Origin: an uncultured delta proteobacterium
GTDB taxonomy: Bacteria; Myxococcota; Myxococcia; Myxococcales; Anaeromyxobacteraceae
Reading direction: 5' to 3'
DNA length: 59,323 nucleotides
Assembly: GCA_963828255.1 (NCBI GenBank)
Contig: CAWHDZ010000014.1
Span: 1-59,323, forward strand
Position numbers and translations under genes: made by a program
Notes under the pieces: model-generated
The model's input: the letters and a program-made list of their open reading frames with translations, nothing else
Database searches by the model: none
Told to the model about the DNA's origin: nothing
In this document: piece after piece, positions 1 through 9,013 of the stretch
How the letters are laid out: the number at the start of each line of letters is the position of its first letter
Numbering within the stretch: the first letter of the stretch is position 1

Positions 1-1
1 C

Positions 2-1012
2 CAGCGATTCCCCGAGGTGGTCCTTCCGCTCCGGGAGGGCAAGCTCTGCCTCACGAGCATCGTCGAGCTGGCCCGGGTGATGACCCCGGAGAACCGGGTG
101 GAGACCCTGCCCCAGTTCTTCCACATGTCGAAGCGGCAGGCGAAGGCGGTGGCGGCGGCGATCCTGCCGGCGGCGGTGATCCCGAGGCGGGAGGTGGTCA
201 CCGGGGTTCGTGCGGTGGTGCGGCCCGAGGTGCGGCCGGCCGACTTTCGTCCGGACGAAACTCCCCTGACCAGCCCGGAGCCGGAGGCGCGCCCGGCGCC
301 GCCGATGAGGGTCGAGCCGCTGACGGCCAACGAAAGCCGCATTCACCTGACCGTGTCGAGCCAGTTCCTCGACAAGCTCGAGGCGGCCCGCCGGGGACAG
401 GGGCACGTGCAGCCGGGCGCCACGAAGGAGCAGGTGATCGAGGCGGCGCTGGATCTGCTGCTGGAGAAGCAGGCCAGCCGCCGCGCGGAGGTGAAGAGGC
501 CGCAGAAGAAGCCGCGTCCGGCGAAGGCCGGGCACGTCCCTGCGGCGGTGAAGCGTTCGGTGTGGGCGCGGGACGGCGGCAAATGCCAGTGGCCGGTGGA
601 CGGGGGCGGCGTGTGCGGTTCCACGACGAGGCTGGAGATCGACCACGTGGTTCCACGGGGGCGCGGCGGTCCTTCGACCGTGGAGAATTGTCGGCTGGCC
701 TGCAGGGTTCACAACGTGTACGCGGCGCGACAGGCCTACGGCGACGCCCACATGGACCTCTTCACGCGGAACCCTGTCGTGCGCGAGGATCGTGCCGTCT
801 ACGGATACGCCACGAAGGTCAGAACGGCCTGGAGCCTGGCCGTCGCCGCGGCGCTCCCGAACCCCGTCGTGGGGATACCGGTCAGGACCACCTGGAAGTT
901 CCCGCCGACGAGGGCGTCGAAGTCGGCCGGCGTCATCGACATCGAGTCGAACGAGACCTGCATCGGCACCGGGCCAGCACCGGTGGGCATCTCGACGCTT
1001 GCCGCCGGGTAG
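2..1012 (+). CDS. HNH endonuclease domain protein (myxobacterial DUF222-like/HNH type), 5' partial
   Basis: Motif RDGGKCQW...CGSTTRLEIDHVVPRGRGGPSTVENCRLACRVHN. The frame is open from the window edge, and the last ~70 codons overlap the convergent gene. Confidence 0.85.
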   Translation, partial: QRFPEVVLPLREGKLCLTSIVELARVMTPENRVETLPQFFHMSKRQAKAVAAAILPAAVIPRREVVTGVRAVVRPEVRPADFRPDETPLTSPEPEARPAPPMRVEPLTANESRIHLTVSSQFLDKLEAARRGQGHVQPGATKEQVIEAALDLLLEKQASRRAEVKRPQKKPRPAKAGHVPAAVKRSVWARDGGKCQWPVDGGGVCGSTTRLEIDHVVPRGRGGPSTVENCRLACRVHNVYAARQAYGDAHMDLFTRNPVVREDRAVYGYATKVRTAWSLAVAAALPNPVVGIPVRTTWKFPPTRASKSAGVIDIESNETCIGTGPAPVGISTLAAG

Positions 1013-1359
1013 AGTGTGCTCGTCCCGTTCGGCTCGAACGACAGCCGGACCGTGCCGGTGAAGACCTGCTGGAGGACCGTCACGCCGGTGGAGGAAGGTT
1101 CGAGGGCCAGGGTCGCCGACACCACGCCGATCCGGGACGGGTCCCCGCCGAGCGCCTTCACCGCGTCGTTCACGAAGGCCCCGTAGGGATTGCCCGACTC
1201 GGTCGTGATGTTCTTGTCGACCCGGATGGTCTCACCGGCGACGTCGCTCGACTTCACGTCGAGCGAGATCCCGACCGGGGCCGAGTAGGTGACCGGGTCC
1301 TTGGTTCCGCAGGCCGCGGCGAGGACGACGAGGAGGACGGTGGCGCGGCGAGCAGTCAT
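799..1359 (-). CDS. Hypothetical lipoprotein
   Basis: ATG at 1359; MTARRATVLLVVLAAAC signal peptide with lipobox, followed by a beta-rich body. Confidence 0.75.
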   Translation of the reverse strand: MTARRATVLLVVLAAACGTKDPVTYSAPVGISLDVKSSDVAGETIRVDKNITTESGNPYGAFVNDAVKALGGDPSRIGVVSATLALEPSSTGVTVLQQVFTGTVRLSFEPNGTSTLYPAASVEMPTGAGPVPMQVSFDSMSMTPADFDALVGGNFQVVLTGIPTTGFGSAAATARLQAVLTFVAYP

Positions 1360-1399
1360 GGCGGGACGATGCCACGGCGGCACTCCTGGTGAAAGGCCC

Positions 1400-2164
1400 T
1401 CAGGTGGGCAACTGTAACCCCAGCAGCCACTCCCGGTTGCCGGCCGGCCCGGCGATGGGCGACTCGGCGTGGCCGAGCACCGCGAAGCCGAGCTCCCGCG
1501 CCGCCGCCTCCACCCCTTCCAGCGCGGCGATTCGCTTGGCGTCCTCCCGCACCACCCCACCCTTCCCGACCTCCCCCTTCCCCACCTCGAACTGCGGCTT
1601 CACGAGCAGCACCGCGGCCCCTCCGGGCCTGAGCAGCGCCTTCACCGCGGGCAGCACCAGCCGCAGCGAGATGAACGACAGGTCTCCCACCACCAGGTCC
1701 ACGTCCTCGCCCAGCGCCCCGGCCTCGAGGTACCGCGCGTTCACCCGCTCGTGCACGACCACCCGCGGGTCGCCGCGCAGCCTGGGATGCAGCTGCCCGT
1801 AGCCCACGTCCACGGCGTGGACGCGCAGCGCGCCCCGCTGCAGGAGCAGGTCGGTGAAGCCGCCGGTGGACGCCCCCAGGTCGGCGCAGGCCAGGCCGGC
1901 CGGGTCCACGGGCAGCACCTCGAGCGCCTTCTCGAGCTTGAGCGCCCCGCGCGAGACGTACTTCTGCGGCGCGGCGCCGTCCTTCACCCGAAGTGGAACG
2001 TCCGGATCGAGGAGCTGTCCGGGCTTCTCCACCCGGGCCTCGCCCGACGCCGCGTCGCCGGCCACCACCGCGCCGGCCATGACGAGCGCCTGGGCCTGGG
2101 TGCGCGACGCGGCCAGCCCCCGCTCGACGAGCAGGAGGTCGGCGCGCTGGCGACGGGGGGGCAC
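1400..2164 (-). CDS. tlyA: TlyA family rRNA methyltransferase/hemolysin
   Basis: S4-like N-terminus; YVSRGALKL, DLGASTGGFT, VDVGYGQL and LVKPQFE motifs; follows dxs. Confidence 0.95.
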   Translation of the reverse strand: MPPRRQRADLLLVERGLAASRTQAQALVMAGAVVAGDAASGEARVEKPGQLLDPDVPLRVKDGAAPQKYVSRGALKLEKALEVLPVDPAGLACADLGASTGGFTDLLLQRGALRVHAVDVGYGQLHPRLRGDPRVVVHERVNARYLEAGALGEDVDLVVGDLSFISLRLVLPAVKALLRPGGAAVLLVKPQFEVGKGEVGKGGVVREDAKRIAALEGVEAAARELGFAVLGHAESPIAGPAGNREWLLGLQLPT

Positions 2165-2186
2165 GAGGCCTCGAGGGACGGAACGC

Positions 2187-4106
2187 CTACCCGGCGTTTC
2201 GCCCCGCCGGTTGACGATTGCCCACCAGCTCCCGGCCGGCCCGGGCGATGCCGGCCGAGTCGATCCCCAGCTCGGCGCGCTGCTTGCCCGCGTCGCCGTG
2301 GGTGACGAAGGCGTCGGGGATGCCGAGCCGCCGCATGGAGATGCCCTGCTCGACCAGCCCGGCCCTCTCGAACGCCTCCAGGCAGGCCGATCCGAAGCCC
2401 CCCGCCAGCGCGTTCTCCTCCACCGTGACCACCCGGCGGGCCTGGGCGGCCAGCCCGCAGAGGGTCTCCTCGTCGAGAGGCTTCACGAAGCGTGCGTCCA
2501 CGACCGCGGACTCGATGCCCTGCCCGGCCAGGGTCTCGGCGGCGGCCAGCGCCGCCTGGACGGTGGTCCCGGCCGCGGCGATGAGCAGGTCGGGCTTGCC
2601 CGGGGGCCGGCGCAGGACGCGGGCCTTGCCGATCTCGGCCGCCACGGGCGAGGGCGCGAGCGGCTGCCCAACCGCCGACCCGCGCGGGAAGCGGAATGCC
2701 ACCGGCCCGTCGTGGTGCAGGGAGGTGGCGAGCGCGATGCGCAGCTCGTTCTCGTCGGACGGGGCCATCACCACGAGGTTGGGGACGAGGCGCAGGTAGG
2801 ACAGGTCGAAGGCGCCCTGGTGCGTCTTGCCGTCGGCGCCCACCAGGCCGCCGCGGTCGATGGCGAAGGCCACCGGCAGCCGCTGCAGCGCCACGTCGTG
2901 GATGATCTGGTCGTAGGCTCTCTGGAGGAACGTGGAGTAGATGGCCACCACCGGCCGCATCCCCTCGCAGGCCAGCCCGGCCGCGAAGGTGACGGCGTGC
3001 TGCTCGGCGATGCCCACGTCGTAGGTGCGGGCCGGGAAGCGCTGCTGGCACCGGATGAGGCCGGTGCCCTCCAGCATGGCCGCGGTGATGGCGACGACGC
3101 GCGGGTCGCGCTCCATCTGCTCGCAGAGGGCCTCGGCGAAGAGGTCGGTGTAGGCCTTGGGCGCGGGCTTCTTGGGGACCGGCTTGCCGGTGGCCACGTC
3201 GAAGAAGGAGAGCCCGTGGCCGCGGGTGGCCTTGTCCGACTCGGCCGGGTGGTAGCCCTTGCCCTTGGTGGTGATGGCGTGCACCAGCACCGGCCCGTCG
3301 ATCTCCCGGAGCTTCCCGAAGCTGCGGACCAGCTCGGCCACGTCGTGCCCGTCCACCGGCCCCACGTACTGGAAACCCATCCCCTCGAAGAGGATGCCCG
3401 GCGTGATGAGGGCCTTGGTGGCGTCGATGCCGTGGCGGACCATCTCGATGGCCTGCTCCCCCTTGGGCATGTGGCGGAGGAAGTCCTTCACCGAGCGGCG
3501 CCAGCGGTTGTAGGTGCGGGAGGCGAACTTCTTGGAGAACCACTCGGAGAGCGCGCCCACGTTGGGCGAGATCGACATCTCGTTGTCGTTCAGGACCACC
3601 ATGAAGTTGCGCTGGAGGTAGCCCGCCTGGTTCAGCCCCTCGAAGGCCACGCCTCCGGTGAGGGCGCCGTCGCCGACGACCGCCACCACCCTGCCCGCCT
3701 GGCCAAGGTGGTGCTTGCCCTCCACCATGCCCACGCCCGCCGAGACGGCGGTGGAGGCGTGCCCCACGCCGAAGGCGTCGTGCTCCGACTCGTCCCGCTC
3801 CGGAAAGCCTGCCAGCCCCCCCTCGGTGCGGATGGTGCGGAAGCGGTCGCGCCGCCCGGTCAGGAGCTTGTGGGCGTAGGCCTGGTGCCCCACGTCCCAG
3901 ACGATGCGGTCCGTGGGCGACTCGAAGACGTAGTGGAGCGCCACGTTGATCTCGACGGCGCCGAGCGACGAGCCGAGGTGACCCCCGGTCCGGGCGCAGG
4001 CCTCGATGATCTCGTCGCGGATCTCCTGGCAGAGCCGGGGGAGCTCCTCCAGCGAGAGCTTCTTGAGATCCGCAGGGGAGTCGATGGCGTCGAGCAGTCT
4101 CGGCAT
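2187..4106 (-). CDS. dxs: 1-deoxy-D-xylulose-5-phosphate synthase
   Basis: GGHLGSSLG, WDVGHQAY, GDGALTGG...LNDNEMSI, DVGIAEQHAV and DGKTHQG motifs. Confidence 0.98.
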   Translation of the reverse strand: MPRLLDAIDSPADLKKLSLEELPRLCQEIRDEIIEACARTGGHLGSSLGAVEINVALHYVFESPTDRIVWDVGHQAYAHKLLTGRRDRFRTIRTEGGLAGFPERDESEHDAFGVGHASTAVSAGVGMVEGKHHLGQAGRVVAVVGDGALTGGVAFEGLNQAGYLQRNFMVVLNDNEMSISPNVGALSEWFSKKFASRTYNRWRRSVKDFLRHMPKGEQAIEMVRHGIDATKALITPGILFEGMGFQYVGPVDGHDVAELVRSFGKLREIDGPVLVHAITTKGKGYHPAESDKATRGHGLSFFDVATGKPVPKKPAPKAYTDLFAEALCEQMERDPRVVAITAAMLEGTGLIRCQQRFPARTYDVGIAEQHAVTFAAGLACEGMRPVVAIYSTFLQRAYDQIIHDVALQRLPVAFAIDRGGLVGADGKTHQGAFDLSYLRLVPNLVVMAPSDENELRIALATSLHHDGPVAFRFPRGSAVGQPLAPSPVAAEIGKARVLRRPPGKPDLLIAAAGTTVQAALAAAETLAGQGIESAVVDARFVKPLDEETLCGLAAQARRVVTVEENALAGGFGSACLEAFERAGLVEQGISMRRLGIPDAFVTHGDAGKQRAELGIDSAGIARAGRELVGNRQPAGRNAG

Positions 4107-4109
4107 GGA

Positions 4110-4997
4110 TCACTTCCTCCGGGAGACGACGAAGCGCGCCAGCGCGCGCAGGGCCTCCGCCCTCTCCCCCAGGCCGGCGAAGGCCTGGAGGGCCTCTTCA
4201 CAGTAATCGTCGGCGCGCCTCCGCGCTTCCTCCACGCCGAGCAGGGCGGGCAGCGTGCCCTTCCCGGCCGCGGCGTCCTTGCCGGCCCTCTTGCCCAGGT
4301 CGGCGGTGGTGGCGGTGAGGTCGAGCAGGTCGTCGGCGATCTGGAAGGCGAGTCCCAGCCTCAGTCCGGCTGGTCCGAGCCCCTGGTCGGTCCCGGTGGC
4401 GGCGATGGCGCCCCCCACCACCGACGCGGCCAGGAGCGCGCCGGTCTTGCGCCTCTGGAGGTCGAGGACCCCCTCCAGGTCGGGGGCACGGGTCTCGGCC
4501 TCGAGGTCGAGCGACTGCCCCTCGACCATGCGGGTGGCGCCCGAGGCGAGCAACCCGGCGAGCCGGGCCGCCCTGTCGCTGCCGTCGGATCCGGCGAGCA
4601 GGTGCTCGAATGCCAGCGACTGCAGCGCATCCCCCGCCAGCACGGCGGTGGCCTCGTCGAAGGCCCGGTGGACCGTGGGGCGTCCCCGCCTCAGGTCGTC
4701 GTCGTCCATGCAGGGAAGGTCGTCGTGGACGAGGGAGTAGGTGTGGATCATCTCGAGGGAGGCGGCGAAGCGGATGGCCAGGCTCCCCTCCCCCGCGTCC
4801 GCCCCGAAGGCCTCGGCCGTGGCGCAGACGAGCGCCGGGCGGAGCCGCTTCCCGCCCCCCAGGAGCGCGTAGGTCATCGCCTCCCAGAGCCGGGCCGGGC
4901 CACCCCGGGCGCCCGCCTCCGCGGCGCGGCGCAGTTCCCCCTCGACGCGCGCGGCGACGCCGGACAGGTAGGGATCGAGTGCGAACGACGGTGACAC
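4110..4997 (-). CDS. ispA: Polyprenyl (farnesyl) diphosphate synthase
   Basis: GGKRLRP, SLVHDDLPCMDDDDLRRGRPT and FQIADDLLD motifs; xseB-ispA-dxs context. Confidence 0.95.
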   Translation of the reverse strand: MSPSFALDPYLSGVAARVEGELRRAAEAGARGGPARLWEAMTYALLGGGKRLRPALVCATAEAFGADAGEGSLAIRFAASLEMIHTYSLVHDDLPCMDDDDLRRGRPTVHRAFDEATAVLAGDALQSLAFEHLLAGSDGSDRAARLAGLLASGATRMVEGQSLDLEAETRAPDLEGVLDLQRRKTGALLAASVVGGAIAATGTDQGLGPAGLRLGLAFQIADDLLDLTATTADLGKRAGKDAAAGKGTLPALLGVEEARRRADDYCEEALQAFAGLGERAEALRALARFVVSRRK

Positions 4998-5013
4998 GGG
5001 GACGCTTCTACCA

Positions 5014-5394
5014 CTAACGGGGCGGGATCATCCCGCGGATCCGCTCGATGAGACGGTCCACGTCGAGCGGCTTCGTGAAGTAGTCGGCGGCGCCGGCCTC
5101 CATGCCGGTCCGCTCGTCCTCCGGGCTCTTCCGGGCGGTGATGAAGATGACCGGGATGTCGCCGAAGGTTGGGTTCTTCTTGATGGCCCGGCACAGCTCG
5201 AAGCCGTCGATCCAGCTCATCATCACGTCGAGCAGGATCACGTCTGGCCGGTCCACGTGCATGGCCGAGATGAGGCGCAGGCCGTTGGCCGCCTGGGAGA
5301 CCTCGAAACCCTCCAGCTCGAGGGCGAGGGTGAGCATCTCCCGGGTATCCCGGTCGTCGTCGACGATGGTGACCTTCGGCTTGCGCTCGGTCAT
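5014..5394 (-). CDS. Single-domain response regulator (CheY-like)
   Basis: IVDDD, LLDVMM (phospho-Asp), FITA and YFTKP motifs. Confidence 0.93.
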   Translation of the reverse strand: MTERKPKVTIVDDDRDTREMLTLALELEGFEVSQAANGLRLISAMHVDRPDVILLDVMMSWIDGFELCRAIKKNPTFGDIPVIFITARKSPEDERTGMEAGAADYFTKPLDVDRLIERIRGMIPPR

Positions 5395-5627
5395 GGGGCT
5401 TCTTCCTCCTCGCCGAGCGGACGCGCCACCACCGAGCCGTCATCGGCCCGGAGCAGCAGTTCCACCCTGCGCTCCGCGTCGTCGAGCTTGCGCCCCGCCT
5501 CGCGCGCGAGCCGGACGCCCTCTGCGAAGGTCTCGAGCGACTTCTCGAGGGGGAGCTTGCCCCCCTCCAGCTCGACGACCAGCTTCTCGAGCCGCTCCAC
5601 GAGCTCGTCGTAGGTACTCACGGCCAT
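5391..5627 (-). CDS. xseB: Exodeoxyribonuclease VII small subunit
   Basis: [35 protein letters not shown]. Confidence 0.95.
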   Translation of the reverse strand: MAVSTYDELVERLEKLVVELEGGKLPLEKSLETFAEGVRLAREAGRKLDDAERRVELLLRADDGSVVARPLGEEEEAP

Positions 5628-5630
5628 ACT

Positions 5631-6926
5631 CTATGCCTCCTCGGTGCGGGCGGGGAGCCCCGGGATCGGATGGGGGAGCTGGTCGCGGGACTCGACGCGG
5701 GCGTCGAGCCACCCCTCCCCCAGGACGACCCGCACGGGATCCCCGGGAGCGGCCTCACGGCTGCTGCGGAGGGGGCGCCCGTCCCGGAGCGCCAGCGCGA
5801 AGCCCCGGGTGAGGATCCTTCCCACGTTGGCCGGCTCGAGGCGGGCCGCGAGCCCGGCGACCCGCATCGACTCCCGCCGGAAGGTGGACGAGCTCCATGC
5901 CGCGACCCGGTGGAGCGCCTCGTCGACGCGGCGGCGCTGGTCGGAGAGGACCCGGCGGGGGTCGGAGAGCTCGGCACGCAGGGCCCGGAGGACGCGACGC
6001 CGCCCCCCGAGCGCATTGCCCTCCGCGCGGACGAGCCGCCCCCGCAGCGCCGACAGCGAGGCCAGCAGGTCGTCACGGACCGGGACCACCACCTCGGCGG
6101 CGTGGGTGGGCGTGGCGGCGCGCACGTCGGCCACAAGGTCGGCGATGGAGACGTCCACCTCGTGCCCCACCGCGCTCACCACCGGCGCCGGGCAGGCGGC
6201 GATGGCGCGGGCCAGCGACTCGTCGTTGAACTCCCAGAGGTCGTCGGCCGACCCGCCGCCCCGGGTGACCACGGCCACGTCCACGCCGAAGTCCACGAGG
6301 AGGCGGAGCGCCGCGATCACCGTGGCCGCGGCCCCATCCCCCTGCACACGGCAGCCGGCCACCACGACCCGCGCCCCCGGGAACCGGCCGTGCACGACCC
6401 TCAGGAAGTCCTGCAGCGCGGCGCCGGAGGTGCTGGTCGCGACGCCGATGCACCCCGGGAGGAAGGGCAGCGGCCGCTTCCGGGCCTGGTCGAGGAGCCC
6501 CTCGGCGGCGAGCCTCTCCCGGAGCTGCTGCAGCGCGAGCGCCCGGGCACCCGCCCCGCGAGGCTCGACCTCCTGGACGACGAGCTGGTAGCGCCCGCGC
6601 GGCGCGTAGATCTCGATGCGCCCCCGGGCCACCACCTCGGTCCCGTCGCGCAGGTCGAATTTCACCTTCCGTGCCGAGGAGGCCCAGAGCACCGCGTCCA
6701 CCGAGGCCTCGGCGTCCTTCAGGCCGAAGTAGACGTGGCCGCTCGACTGGCGCCGGAGGTTCCCCACCTCGCCGGACACCCAGACGTCCAGGAAGGCCGG
6801 CTCGACCGCCCCCTTGAGCCTGCGGGTCAGCTCGGTGACCGTGAGCACGCGCGGCTCCCGCCGCGGCGGCGACGCGGGCGGCCTGTCGAAGAGTCCGGGC
6901 TGGGGCGGCGGTACGGGTCGGGCCAC
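5631..6926 (-). CDS. xseA: Exodeoxyribonuclease VII large subunit
   Basis: WVSGEVGN...SGHVYFGLKD, RGGGSADDLWEFNDE, SAVGHEVD and AATPTHAAE motifs. Confidence 0.97.
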   Translation of the reverse strand: MARPVPPPQPGLFDRPPASPPRREPRVLTVTELTRRLKGAVEPAFLDVWVSGEVGNLRRQSSGHVYFGLKDAEASVDAVLWASSARKVKFDLRDGTEVVARGRIEIYAPRGRYQLVVQEVEPRGAGARALALQQLRERLAAEGLLDQARKRPLPFLPGCIGVATSTSGAALQDFLRVVHGRFPGARVVVAGCRVQGDGAAATVIAALRLLVDFGVDVAVVTRGGGSADDLWEFNDESLARAIAACPAPVVSAVGHEVDVSIADLVADVRAATPTHAAEVVVPVRDDLLASLSALRGRLVRAEGNALGGRRRVLRALRAELSDPRRVLSDQRRRVDEALHRVAAWSSSTFRRESMRVAGLAARLEPANVGRILTRGFALALRDGRPLRSSREAAPGDPVRVVLGEGWLDARVESRDQLPHPIPGLPARTEEA

Positions 6927-6957
6927 GGGTGTGTCTTACCGCGGGGCGGTGCCGGGG

Positions 6958-7464
6958 TCACCGCCCCAGACGGCGAAGCTGGGCGGGGGCGAGCATCCAG
7001 AGGAGCCGGGCGCCCCCGGGCCGGGGCCGGTCCCCCATGTCGAGCAGGCAGGCGCCCCCCTTCTTGAGCTCCAGGAACGAGCCCTCCGACCGGGTGAGCA
7101 GCCAGCCCGCGAGCCTGCCGAGGTGGGGCTCGTGGCCGACCAGCGCGACGAGGTCGAGGCTGGCCCGGCGCACGAGCCAGGGGAGGACCTCGGCAGGCTC
7201 GGCGTCCGGGACGAGGGCGCGCAACTCCTCGGGCGCCTCCGCTCCGAAGGCCCGGGCGAGGACGTCGGCGGTCTGGGTGGCCCGGGCGAGCGGGCTCGTG
7301 GCGATGGCCGCCGGGGAATCGACGAGGCGGCGGAGCCCCTTCGCGGCGGCCCGGGTGCGGGCCCGGCCGTCCGGGGTGAGCGGCCGCAGGAAGTCCTCCT
7401 TCCCGGCCGCGCGCCAGGCCACCCGGTCGCCGGCCGGGCCGTGACGGAAGAGGAGCAGTTTCAT
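6958..7464 (-). CDS. sixA: Phosphohistidine phosphatase SixA family
   Basis: ATG at 7464; LLLFRHG, RPLT..G, TSPLARATQTA and LVGHEPHL motifs. Confidence 0.88.
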   Translation of the reverse strand: MKLLLFRHGPAGDRVAWRAAGKEDFLRPLTPDGRARTRAAAKGLRRLVDSPAAIATSPLARATQTADVLARAFGAEAPEELRALVPDAEPAEVLPWLVRRASLDLVALVGHEPHLGRLAGWLLTRSEGSFLELKKGGACLLDMGDRPRPGGARLLWMLAPAQLRRLGR

Positions 7465-8009
7465 CCCAGCGCCCTTCGCACCGCGCGCCTCGGCGCGCGC
7501 AATTCCCTGAGTCGCTCGAGCACCTCGTCCACGTCCTCCTGGGACCTGAGTCTCCACCTGGCCTCGCTCCGCCCTGGGCCCACCCTCACCCCCACGACGG
7601 AAGGCTCCCCGATTCGGAACACGTCCTCGTCCGTCCGGTCGTCCCCCAGGAACAGCGCCACGTCCAGGCGGCGCCTCGCCAGGAGCCGCCGGACCGCGTC
7701 CCCCTTGGTGGGGAAGCTCACCGGAGTGACGTTCAGGACCTTCTTCCCGGGCAGCAGCCTCGCGCCCCGGAGCGCCCGCCCCGCCGCCCACACCTTCCTC
7801 TCGACCCTGCTCCATTCCCTCCCCATCCCGTAGTGGATCGAGAGCGTCGACCTCTTGTGCTCCACGTGCCAGCCCGAAAGCCCCGCAAGCCTCCTCCCGA
7901 CCTCCGCCTCCCATCCGGCCACCTGCGCCAGCACCGACCGGGGCACCGGAACCGCGGCCAGGTCGGCGAGGAGGGGCCCACGGGCCCCGGCCAGGAAGTC
8001 GTTCCGCAT
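7461..8009 (-). pseudogene. Trehalose-6-phosphate phosphatase-like HAD protein lacking its N-terminal catalytic motifs
   Basis: VEHKRSTLSIHY, GKKVLNV, KGDAV and FLGDDRTDEDVF are present, but DxDGT (motif I) and SGR (motif II) are missing; only 182 aa. Confidence 0.7.
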
Positions 8010-8035
8010 CCCGGATCAACGTACAATCCCGTCGC

Positions 8036-9013
8036 TTGGCGCGCATCCTCATCGTGGACGGGAACCCGTCATCCCGCGAACCGCTCGAGCGGGCCCTCGC
8101 CGGCGAGGGGCTCGACGTGGTCGCCGCCGGCGATCCCGAGGCGGGCTGGGAGGCCTTCACCGCCTTCGCGCCCGGCGTCGTCGTGCTGGGCCGGCGCCTC
8201 CCCCGCGAGGACGCCGAGGAGCTGATCGCCCGCCTGCGACGGGCCGACCCGTCCATCCTCTTCCTCTCGCCGGAGGAGCCCTGGACCGACATGGCCCGCA
8301 GGCTGCGCGTCCGGCTCGGGGCGCCGGCGCCGCGCGCCCTCTCCGCAGCGCCCGAGCCGGTGGGCCCGGGAACCGCGCGCGTGCTCTCCCGCCCGCCGCT
8401 CGAGACCGGCCCGCTGGCCTTCGGCTCCCTCGCCGATCTGATGGCCCGGCTCTGGCGGACCGCGGCCGACGGGATCGTCTCCATCGACCGGCCCGGCGGC
8501 ACCGATCGCATCTTCCTCCTGCGCGGCGCCACGGTGGAGATCCGGGTCGCCGGGGAACGGGCCGGCGGCGAGCCGTCCGGCGCGCTCGCCTCCCTCTGCG
8601 CCGCGGGGTACGGGTCCTTCGGATTCCACCCCGGGTCCGACTTCGCCTCCGAGGTCCGCGGGGCGCGCATGCCCGCGCTGGCCCCGCTGCTGGCCGGGCT
8701 GCGCCTCGCCGCCGACGAGCCCTCCTACGCCGAGGCCCTGGCCGGATCGGGGGACCGTGTGGCGCGCCGCGCCGCCGCCTCCGGCTCCGTGCTGCGTGAG
8801 CTCGCGCCGGACCCCGACGACCTGGCCACCCTCTCGGCGATGGACGGGAGGGCCACGGTCCAGGACCTGGTGCAGGGCGCGGGCCGGCCGGGGTCGCTCC
8901 TCTGGTTCCTGCTGCGGACCGGCGCCGCCGAGCTGGGGGCCGCCGCCGGGGCGGGCCGCGAGGCGACGCCCGATGCTACCCCCGGGGAGACGGGACTGCA
9001 CGCTCCAGCGTGA
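8036..9013 (+). CDS. Atypical receiver domain protein with myxobacterial DUF4388-like C-terminal region
   Basis: ARILIVDG...VVVLGRRLP receiver fold with the phospho-Asp replaced. The C-terminal region (FGSLADLMARLW..ADGIVSI) resembles DUF4388/PATAN-type domains. Confidence 0.6.
   Translation: MARILIVDGNPSSREPLERALAGEGLDVVAAGDPEAGWEAFTAFAPGVVVLGRRLPREDAEELIARLRRADPSILFLSPEEPWTDMARRLRVRLGAPAPRALSAAPEPVGPGTARVLSRPPLETGPLAFGSLADLMARLWRTAADGIVSIDRPGGTDRIFLLRGATVEIRVAGERAGGEPSGALASLCAAGYGSFGFHPGSDFASEVRGARMPALAPLLAGLRLAADEPSYAEALAGSGDRVARRAAASGSVLRELAPDPDDLATLSAMDGRATVQDLVQGAGRPGSLLWFLLRTGAAELGAAAGAGREATPDATPGETGLHAPA

Noticed and set aside
1854..4994. 1046-aa plus-strand ORF, and similar giant ORFs such as 22283..25738, 28882..33111, 29270..32161 and 40266..43763
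   Set aside because: These are antisense or alternative-frame shadows of recognisable genes, expected at this GC content. They have low-complexity R/G/P/A composition and no motifs.
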